NCBI RefSeq assembly: GCF_026210795.1
Contig: NC_089434.1
Coordinates: forward strand, 124,001 to 188,000
Origin: Rhizophagus irregularis
Taxonomy: Eukaryota
Reading direction: 5' to 3'
Length of the DNA stretch: 64,000 nt
Part shown: piece after piece, positions 51,838-61,540 of the stretch
Numbering within the stretch: the stretch's first letter is position 1
Layout: the number at the start of each line of letters is the position of its first letter
Program-made: the position numbers and the translations under genes
Notes under the pieces: model-generated
The model's input: the letters and a program-made list of their open reading frames with translations, nothing else
Told to the model about the DNA's origin: nothing
Databases searched by the model: none

Positions 51838-54800
51838 ATGATGGACAACAATAAATATAATTTTTCCCCTCACCCCTCTCCCCTTATTAAATTTGGTCAA
51901 TTAAATGTTAATGGTTTATGTTCCCCAGTTCGACAACAACATTTGCTTAATTTTTTTCTCCACTCCTCGTTTGGTGCTTTATCTATTAATGATACGCGTC
52001 TATCCCCTTCAAATGCTAAATTTATTTTTAAAAATGAACACTCCCAACATCACTTTAAGTCCTATTGGGCTTGTTCATCTTCTTCTTCTCGCCCTCATGA
52101 TGGTGTTGGTATTTTGTTACGTAATCCCCTTCATAAACATGTTCAAACAATTGATCCTTGGAACGGTCGACTTCTTAAATTAGACTTGTTCTTTCATCAA
52201 ACTAAAATTTCTATTATTTCTATATATTATCCCCCTTCTGGTTCCGTTCATCAATCCATTTGCAATGATCTTATTGCCAAACTTCTTTCTTGGCTCGATT
52301 ATGCCCGAGCTAATAATTATTTTGTAGTTATTCTTGGCGACTTCAATGCTGATGTAATCGCTCATTCTAATTATTCACCTAATCATTTTAAGCTTCTTCG
52401 CTTGCTTTCTTCTCGGTTTTTTACCGATCATCAAGCTCACTCCTCTACAAATGGTCCTGATCCCACTTTCTTTCATGATAATGGATCTTCTAGACTGGAT
52501 TATATTTGGTCTTCACCTGGTTTTCCTGCCCCTGGTCTTTTTTCGCAAGTGGTTACTTGCCCGGATCTCCTTGATCGTCCTTTTACCGATCACAAAGTTC
52601 TTACAACTGTTTTTGACTTCAGCTCTTGCCTGGCTATCTTGGCTAAATCTCGTCTTAAACAAAAGAAAGAAATGCGTACTATTTTCTCTTACGCTTCCAC
52701 TTCAGTTGAACAATGGAATAATTTTACCACTGAAGTAGATGATTCTCTTGGAGTTTATTTAGATAGACAATATCACCCTAATTTTGATTTCTCCTCTCTT
52801 TCTCTTGATCGTATGTGGCATGCATTTAAAGCTGCCATAATTAGTGCTGCAATTGAAACTTTACCCTTTCAAAAAGTCTCCAATACACACCGACATTCGT
52901 ACTCTCCCTGAATTAACTAAACTTATTGCTATTAACAAGTTTTTAGATCGATTTTTATATCGCCTTACTACTCGTCGTTTTAATCGGCCTTCTTTCAGAT
53001 TGCGCAAATGACTGCCGCTTTGCCCTCCCATCTTGAAAATCTTGCATCCTTACTCCCCGATTACTCAGTTCCTACCTATTCTACAACCCCCTGCATCTGT
53101 ATTTAAATCGTTTTTACGATCACAGAAAAATTTAGTTTCTGCCTTTTTATCTACTAAATTCGCCCAACACCTTACGGACTCAGTGGAATATTATACCGCA
53201 CTACGTGACGAACACTTTTCGAACTCGCTCGGCACCTTTATAGATTCTGCCTTATCAGTAGAAAAACGTTCAATTGTTCTTGACCGTGTTCTGGTCGTTT
53301 TGGACTCAACTCCTACTTTATTAACGGATCCTTCGGATATTAAACAAGCTGCTGTTTTTCATTTTCAATCGATTGTTTCTCCTCCGTTGGTCCGCTATTC
53401 TTCCGTCACTTCATTTCCCGCCCGATGGCAACAAGCTTACACTCCTCTTACAAATGTGTCTGCTTCATTATATGATCCTGTTTTGGCGCCTATTTCCCTA
53501 CAAGAATGGTCTACTGTGATTTCCTCCATGCCAAATAACAAAGCTTCCGGCCCTTCAAAAATTTCTTATGAAATGATTAAACATCTGTCCGGGGAAGCCT
53601 TGGATTTCTCTCTTTTATTGGCCAATACCTGCCTTTCTCGCGGTGATATTCCTGCTGACTGGCGTGAAGCTGTGGTTTATCCTATTCCTAAACCTCACGA
53701 ATTTGATGCTCAACTTAAGAACACTCGACCTATTACTCTTCTGGAAACAGTTCGAAAATGTGTAGTCAAGGTCGTCACTAATCGTCTCTCCAACATCCTT
53801 GCTGATAGTAAAGTTCTTCAAGGAGGCAACTTTGCGGGTTTACCTGGTGGTTCTACTGATGTCCCTATCAAAATGCTTGATGCGATTATCCATCAACATA
53901 AACATGACTCTACTGATGATCAGGAACTATGGATCGTTTCTCAAGATATCTCTAAAGCTTTTGATTCTATGGATTTAAATATGCTTAAACTAGCTTTAGA
54001 TAGATTACATATCCCTGCACTTTTAGTGCGATTTATTTTAAATCTTTTTACACGCCGAAATAATAAGATTATTACTTGTCATGGCGATACAGCTGCTTAT
54101 AGAGTACGTGTTGGTATCGATCAAGGAGAAATCATTTCCCCTCTTCTTTGGGTTATTTATTTGGATCCCTTACTCACTGTTTTGAATCAAGAAGCACGAG
54201 ATCCTTTTATTTTAAAATCTTCAGCTCTTTTAAATTATTCTCCACTTGAATTTGAACAACATTCTTTAACAATTTCACATTTAACGTTTATGGATGATTC
54301 TACACTTATTGCTTCTTCAAAATCTGGAATAGAAGATCGTCTTTCTATTACTGCTGAATTTTATACTTTAAATAATGTTCAAGCTAATTCAGCCAAATTT
54401 GTTCTTCTTTCATCTTCTTCCCCTTCTTCAAAGGTTATTTTTGATCTTACACCTTCCTTTTTAGTCTCTGATTTATCTCTTTCCCTTTCTTCTCTATCTT
54501 CGCATGCTTCCTTTCGCTTTTTAGGCGTTTGGTTTTCTTTATCCGCCTCTTCTAATTTTGTTCTCAAACAAGCGCGCTCCATGGTTAAAGATATGGCAGC
54601 TCTCCTGGGACCGAAGAAATTATTAGCACAACATGTGGCCTATCTCTACAATGCCTGTCCTTCTTCCGCGATTGGAATTTCGTCTTCAAACTACCCTTTT
54701 CTCTGAAAGTACTATTCAATCAATTGTCAAGCCTCTGTTTTCAGTACTTCGAAGAAAAGCTGGTCTTGCTATGACTACTCCGTTGCCCCTGTTATTTCTC

Positions 54801-57230
54801 AAACTTCCCTTTTCGATTCAAAATGCTTTCTATCGCTTTCTTTCTTTCCATATTGCATCTTGGCAAAAAATTTTCACTCATCCTGATTTCAAAGATTTTG
54901 CCCTTTATGCTATCTCCTATCTTCAAGGATATCTGGGTGCAGAAAGTTGCCCGACTACTATTAACTTAGAACCATGGTCACAGATCGTTTCTTTGCGAAC
55001 GCACACTTTGTTTAATTCGTTATTGTTTTCTTCGCGTTTGAACATCACGTGGTCTCTTTCCTTCCGGCCTCCGAGGCATGATCTACAACCTGCTCTGCCA
55101 CTCCGATCTATTCTACCTCATTCCATTTTTCAATCGAGTTGGAAACTTTGGAAAAACTTGAACATATTTGTGCTTGCTCAGTTGGTTTCTCCTTGTGGAC
55201 GTTATCTTATGAATTGGCTTGACCTTCGTTATCTTGGCATCGTTGGTCGTAAAGGACGAATCCCTAATTGGTTTACCTTTATCAATAATAATTTTCTTTC
55301 TTTTTCTTCTTCTACTTTACTTTTATCTTCATATTTTATTAACTCTTCTTTTACTTTAGCTTCTCCTTGTTTATTAGATCATACTGTTAAAGATTATTCT
55401 TTTTATCCTCAATGGGCTATTAATCTTGACTCTGCTACTCAAACTTTATCTGTTGGTCGTGTGTGTATCACTTACAAGAAACAAAACTCGGCTATTATGT
55501 CTCATTGGCTTCCTGTATCTACCTCGGCTGATGAACGATCCTATGACCCTTGTCCCGGTTGTGCTCTTAATATTCCAGCACTATCCAAGAAATCTGCCAT
55601 TAAACAACGCTGTAATAGCGAGAAGTGTTTTTTTAATGTAATCCTATCGGATACTATGGGCTATCCTACCAGAAATGCCAAAGTTTTCGCGGCTTACCTT
55701 CCCATTACTCTATCTACTTCATGGAGCTATGCGACTTCCTTGGCTCTCGTTCAATTTTCAAAAGCGTCTCCTGCTCCTTCCCCTCTCTTTACGGATAGAA
55801 TTGATAGAATTGAAAACACTATCTTACCACTTTCTGTGCAATCTTTGTACACAGATGGTTCGTTCCATCCTGCCAATGATCCTTCGCCTCCATCTATGAC
55901 TTCTGCTTGGATTGCTCTTGATGATGTTGGACTTGTTCTGGAATCTTCTTCCATGCATCTCCCTTCTTACTTTCCTTCCGCTTTGCGTTCCGAAATTTCT
56001 GCTGTTCTATTAGGATTGAACGCCCTTTCCCGTGATTCATCAATCTCTATTCATACTGATTGTAGTCAGTTAATTTCACTATGGACACGGTTTGTTGATG
56101 CTCCTTTCTCACCGAAGTTGCTCCGAGAACCTAATCATCTTCTTTGGCTTTCTATTCGACAACTTATCATGGATCGTAATCTTAATGTCGATTTGATTAA
56201 AGTCCCTGCTCATGGCGATGATATCTACAATATACAAGCAGATTCTTTGGCAAAAGATGCTCATTCGTCTTTACAACCCACTACTTTACTTTCAACATTT
56301 TGTTATGCTCCATGCTTGTTGACTTTTAACTCCTTGCCTATTGACGTGAATATTCGACATTTTCTCCGCTCTATTGCAGATGCTCGTGCTCTTTTATCTT
56401 TCTGTTCACTAGCGCGTTTTACTGCTCTTGGTTCTCCTTCACTTTTTGATTGGGCTGGTATATATTTTTGCCTTTCACAAATTAAAGGTTTTGCTTCGCA
56501 TAGGAATGGTCGTCCTGAATTTTGGATCTTCCGCATCAAACTTCTTTTGGATATGTTGCCTACCTTAACTACTCTTCAACAACGCAAACCCTATTTATAC
56601 TCTCCTGATTGGCTTTGTCCGCAGTGTAATTCTGCTCCTGAAGATTTGAATCATCTTTGGACTTGTCCTTACATTTTACCGGAGTTAAATCCGTGTTTAA
56701 CCCACCAATCTGAAGTCGTTAAGTTTAGAGACTCTTGTTTATCTTCTTTCCTATCCTTGAAATCTTTGGATATTTCTTTTCAAACCGAATTTTTTGCTTT
56801 GGATTGTTGGAACTATGAAGCTCCTTCTTCATCCTGTCTTTGGCTTACTCGAGGATTGTTGCCTGCGCATTTAACGGCATTTTTGAATCAACACTTTCCT
56901 CTCTCTGTTATATACAAGATTATTTCTCCCCTTCTTAATGACTTCCAAGTCGAATTGTATGGTGAAATTTGGCTGTGTCGGAATGTTCTTTTCCATGCTT
57001 GGGAAGAGTCGCAGGGTATCTCGGCTGCTTCCAAATTACATGGCCCATCTATAAATTCTTCTCCTATTGTTTCTTCTCCATATACAAATAACTCTTCTTT
57101 GGCGACAGTTTCTCAGGATTCCTGGATTTCTTGGATATCCTCTTTTATAATTCGGGGTGGATCATGGATCTCGCACTTGGATTTTCTGCGCCGCTTAACA
57201 GTTCAACCTCTTAGGATTTCTTTCTGGTAA
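51838..57230 (+). pseudogene. LINE ORF2: AP endonuclease, reverse transcriptase, RNase H, Cys/His finger; about 4 frameshifts
   Basis: APE: QLNVNGL, ILGDFNA, SRLDYIW, TDHK. RT: RPITLLE, QDISKAFDS, GIDQGEIISP, FMDD, FLGVW. RNase H: YTDGS, RSEISA, HTDC, KVPAHGD...NIQADSLAK. Finger: CPQC...HLWTC. Frameshifts near 52908, 52992, 53088 and 54655. Confidence 0.92.
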
Positions 57231-59388
57231 TGGACTGGATTTTTGGATGTTGGATAGTTGACTCACACTGGCCTTCGGGTAAAGTTGGGGTATGCGATTC
57301 TGTAATAGTCTAGTTTTTCTTTGCTTTAATTTTATTTTAGTTTAGATTTCTTTACTTGTATGAATTGTGAAGCTACTCTTTTTATTTTATTAGTTTATTT
57401 TCTTATTTTTGTAATATTGTTCGTTTGAATTTTCGATGTTTAAATATAAATAAAATAAAGTCATAAGACTGTTTGCACAGGAAAAGGATAAAACTACCAC
57501 CATTCGATTTGTCTCAGTGAGACGATTCTAACAAGCTATGATACATCTTTGTACGATTATTAGATGCCAAGTTATTTAATATATTCTTTATATAACTGTG
57601 ATTATAAACGGTTCTTTTTAATATAAGATTTTTGAGGATAGGTGTGATAGTGACTATAGATAGATTGTGACTATATAGGATAGATTTTAATAATAAAGTG
57701 TTTTGAACATTCAACTGGTGTGACTATATAGTAGAATGTGACTATAACGGGAGTGACTATAGAGGGAGTTGACTGTATACAGGAATATGGAAAGATAGTC
57801 CATTATATTATAATCAAAATAAAAAACAGTATACAAGAAATTCAAACAAAATAGTTGCTTTAAAACTTTTACATAACTTACAAAATAATATACCAAATGA
57901 TTTTTTAAATGAGGTATGAAATTTTTTATTAAATTAATCTAATATTTTATTTTAAAATAAGAATAAATAGTAATTATTATTGTTTTAATAAATTTTAATA
58001 GGTCAGAGAATATTCAATAACTAAAAAAAGTAATATTATTAATATTTATGGTATATCTCAAGAACCAAATACAAATAATTATATTATAGTTCTTGATTAT
58101 GCAGAAGGTGGAAAATTTGATAAATGGATGAATAAAAACTATAAAAATTTTTACTGGTTATGTAAACTAAATGTATTACTTAATATTATTAATAGTCTTA
58201 AAGAAATTCATCAAAAAGGAATGGTTCATTGTGATTTTCATACAGGAAATATATTATTTTTAAAGGATAATATATGCGATCTTGGTAATGATATATTAAT
58301 TTCAGATATGGGTTTATGTGGAAAAGTTAGTAATATAAATAATACAAATGAAATAAAAATTTATGGAGTTATACCTTATATTGCTCCAGAAGTACTAAGA
58401 GGAAAACCATATAGTCAAGCAGCAGATATATATAGTTTTGGCATGATTATGTATTTTACAGCAACAGAAAAACAACCTTTTTCTAATCGTGCTCATGATG
58501 AATTTTTAGTATTAGATATATGCAATGAAATTAGACCTGAAATAAATGAACCAGAAGCTCCAAAATGTTATATTAACTTAATGAAAAAATGTTGGGATTC
58601 TAATTCAAATAATAGGCCAAATGCTATTGAAATAGAAAAGGAAATTAGTTCATTTTATACTTCATGTAATTCAATATTGGGACAACGTAATTATTTTAAA
58701 GTAGCAGAAGAATATAGAAAATTTTTTAAGAGGAATAAACAAATTACTCATCCACAAGCTATTTATACATCATCTTTATTGCTTAATCCTTTTACTATAA
58801 AAAATATTAGTGACTATTTAGACTGTGCAATTCCTGATTAAGTAAAATAAATAAAATTGCATTTATTAAATAATATAAAGTAAATTATTAATAGATTTAA
58901 TATATATATTATATCATAAATAAACACAAATATAATATACTTTTATTAATAAAATATTTTAATATATAATAATAAATCTTCTGTTTTTTTTAATAAAAAA
59001 AAATAAGAACTTATAATAATATCTGTTTCTTAAATAAAAATAGAAGATGCCCATAATAAAATAATAAAATTTGTCATAATTATATATTAATGTTATCCTT
59101 TAAATAAGGCCATATTAATTTAATTTTTCATTTAATATAACTCTTTCCCCTCTGTTTTTGGATTTTTTATATAAAAAAAGTACATGTAATTTAGGCCGAA
59201 ATTAGACAAATCTTTAAGTCTTAGCCAGAATTATCATTTAAAATTTTTACTCACTTTTTTGGTCAAAATTTTGGCCAAAATTAATAGTAATTCTGGCCAT
59301 GTATTGTATTTTATGTATTATTTTTTGTCTCTCCCTCTTCCTACTAGATTAGAACCTCCTATGTTATGTTAAACAAAGAATTAGCTTT

Positions 59389-59438
59389 AGCCGTTTATGA
59401 CTAAATAATATAATTATATTATTTAGTCATAAACGGCT
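59389..59438. repeat. Perfect 50-bp palindrome
   Basis: AGCCGTTTATGACTAAATAATATAA|TTATATTATTTAGTCATAAACGGCT is its own reverse complement. Confidence 0.95.
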
Positions 59439-59444
59439 TAGACT

Positions 59445-59775
59445 AGGTTATTTAGTAATAAAATAATCTAACTATAACTAAATAATCTAAGTATGACTAT
59501 AAATAATCTAAATATAACTAAATAATCTAAGTATGACTATAAATAATCTAAATATAACTAAATAATTTAAATATATCTAAATAATCTAAAGTTAATAACC
59601 TAAATATGATTAAATACTCTAACTAAATAACCTGTTTGTGACAATTTTGTATACCTAGTTATTTTTCTTACTATATTCCTTCCCTTTGAATCCGCTTTTC
59701 TTTAGCTTTTTCCCATTTATTATTTGTGATCATGTGATTAAATAACCTAAATATTACTGTTACTAAATAATCGAA
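59445..59775 (+). repeat. Array of (A)CTAAATAA(T/C)CTAA-type repeats
   Basis: More than 10 imperfect copies, including two copies of a 39-bp higher-order unit (AAATAATCTAAGTATGACTATAAATAATCTAAATATAAC). Confidence 0.8.
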
Positions 59776-60526
59776 ATGTACCTATTTTTGTTTGGTTCTC
59801 TGTGCCAATAATCGTTTTCTAATATAATTTATGTTATTGGGGTTCTATAGTTGATTGGTTATTAAATTCTATGTTGGAGGTCCAGCCTGTCTGCAATTAT
59901 TTGGATTCTAAGTTTTATGATGAAGTTTTTGCCATTCTGCGCCTCTTTGGTTGCCTGTTAAGGATTCGAGGGTGCTTTTCTTTTTTACCTATTTTGTTAT
60001 TTATCAAAATGCTGAAATATGGTAAAAAAATATCATGTTAGGTGGTGCAGTAGATCTGCGATTAATTTTGGCCGGCACTATATCATAATTTTGGCCGATC
60101 TTTTGGGCATGTGATTTGAGGATCCAGCTTAGTACCATGATGGTGACTTAATAGTGTCCTGGAACTTCTGTGAAGCTGTCATGGAACTAGTGAGGAACCA
60201 TCATGGAAGTGTTATGGAATGTCAGCTTGGATGTCGACTTTTTATACCCAAAGTTCTGACCGAAATTATGGAATAATGCTGGCCGGTACTGCGCCAGACA
60301 CGTGATACTGTTCCATCACCAGAACAGCCATTCATAGTTACGGGCTAGTAACGGGAACATTTCTGGAACATTTCTGGAATCCAATATATATGCATTTGTA
60401 TCACATATTTTTGTATCCATATATTTCTGAAATCTTCACGCTCCAGTCTGGCGGATGGTTGGTTAGTAAAGAATTGGAGGTGCAATATGTAAACATATTT
60501 TTGAGATGGATTTCGTTCTAAAAATT

Positions 60527-61145
60527 CCGTCCTAGTTGTCTAAGTTATTGGGTCAACTAGGACGGGAACTAGGACGGGTTTTGATATGTGAGAAAAGCTA
60601 ACAACTTTCTTTGATCAAGCTTTGTTCTTATATACTATGTCCAGATGTCTCAGTGTCCTAGTAAAAGTAAAGTTGTAGGAAAAAATTCGAAACTTTTCCT
60701 ATGCTACATATGTATGCTATTTGTATGTCATTTGTATGCTATTTTTTGAGCGTCACTAGTGTCATAAGTTTCATATACTAACCTGTGACGCAACCTGTGA
60801 CATGTTCATTATGCTTTTTGAGATTATTAGGCTATTTTATTTCTTTCTTGATTACTGTCACTAGTGTCACAAGTAAAAGAGTAATAAATTCTAGGAAAAA
60901 AATCAAAAATTTTCTATGCTATCCTAATGCTATATATGTATCGTGATATAGTATATGTATGATATATATGTGGTGTATATATGCTATAAAAAATAAAAAA
61001 AAGTTAGGATTTGGCCGATTTTTCCAGTGACGTCTATGCCACCTGTGACACTCATCAAGAAAACTTTCTTTCGGCCTAGAATTCCTAAAGAGCCTATCAT
61101 CTGCGTCACAAGCTTCTGTCACAAGTTTTTTTTCTAGTGACAAGT
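60527..61145. promoter_or_regulatory. Putative replication origin: iteron-like direct and inverted repeats around AT-rich spacers
   Basis: GTCCTAG/CTAGGAC x4 at 60527-60662. GTCAC/GTGAC x10 at 60751-61142, flanking an AT-rich core (~60875-61005). Function is inferred from adjacency to the primase-helicase. Confidence 0.55.
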
Positions 61146-61415
61146 TGTATCATTTTCGTTTACCTCTAAATTACCTACCAGTATCTCCGCCGAAGCTAAG
61201 TCTACTATCCTTTTCCGATGGTATTGTTCCCTTTTACGGTGCTTTCTAGCATGATCATCGCAATATCCATATCCGGAATAAGATAATTTTCCACATTCTT
61301 TGCAAAATACCTGAGAAGGAGAATTGCGATGAATAAAACATCCTTCCGGATGGTAGCATCCTCGATTGCAAATCTTACCACTCCTGTGGATATAAGTACA
61401 TCGATAAAATACCAT
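61134..61415 (-). CDS. Small Cys/His-rich double zinc-finger protein (93 aa)
   Basis: CTYIHRSGKICNRGC...CFIH and CKECGK...YCDDH, followed by a basic tract (RKHRKREQYHRKR). ATG start, intronless. Confidence 0.7.
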   Translation of the reverse strand: MVFYRCTYIHRSGKICNRGCYHPEGCFIHRNSPSQVFCKECGKLSYSGYGYCDDHARKHRKREQYHRKRIVDLASAEILVGNLEVNENDTTCH

Positions 61416-61540
61416 TTTTAATAACTATGGATTGTTGATTTATGTATCGATCTATATAGTTCAGAATTAATTTTCATTTTAAACTTTTTTCTCCCAGAGT
61501 ATATAGTTTCTCTCGAACTGTATATTTGCGATATAATATT

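Larger units (their letters stand above)
49643..57479 (+). mobile_element. Full-length non-LTR retrotransposon (LINE) with ORF1 and APE-RT-RNase H ORF2
   Basis: 17-bp TSD GGAAAAGGATAAAACTA at 49626-49642 and 57480-57496. Two-ORF layout; visibly more GC- and pyrimidine-rich than the flanks. Confidence 0.93.
48961..57775. mobile_element. Non-autonomous Tc1/mariner(pogo)-type TIR element (~960 bp without the nested LINE)
   Basis: TIRs CAGTCAACTCTCTTTATAGTCAC and GTGACTATAGAGGGAGTTGACTG. TA duplication at 48959-60 and 57776-77. Subterminal GTGACTATA repeats. Removing it restores the kinase frame. Confidence 0.9.
45447..58841 (+). pseudogene. Multi-exon protein kinase (TKL-like) with ~7 tandem N-terminal Cys modules; interrupted by nested TEs and frameshifts
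   Basis: Repeated CxxC...WCxxC...WTSG-x-ID-x-FIQ-x-QL...FEWIPY-x-QF modules at 45.5-48.9 kb. GGFATV|YTGIWKD is rejoined across the 48961-57775 insertion. Kinase C-lobe HCDFHTGNIL, ISDMGL, YIAPE, DIYSFG at 58128-58841. Confidence 0.88.

Noticed and set aside
49737..56539. Antisense and alternate-frame ORFs within the LINE
   Set aside because: Shadow ORFs caused by the higher GC of the real coding frames; no motifs.
60919..61143. 74-aa minus-strand ORF
   Set aside because: Runs through the iteron-like repeats and TA-rich core; low complexity, likely non-coding.
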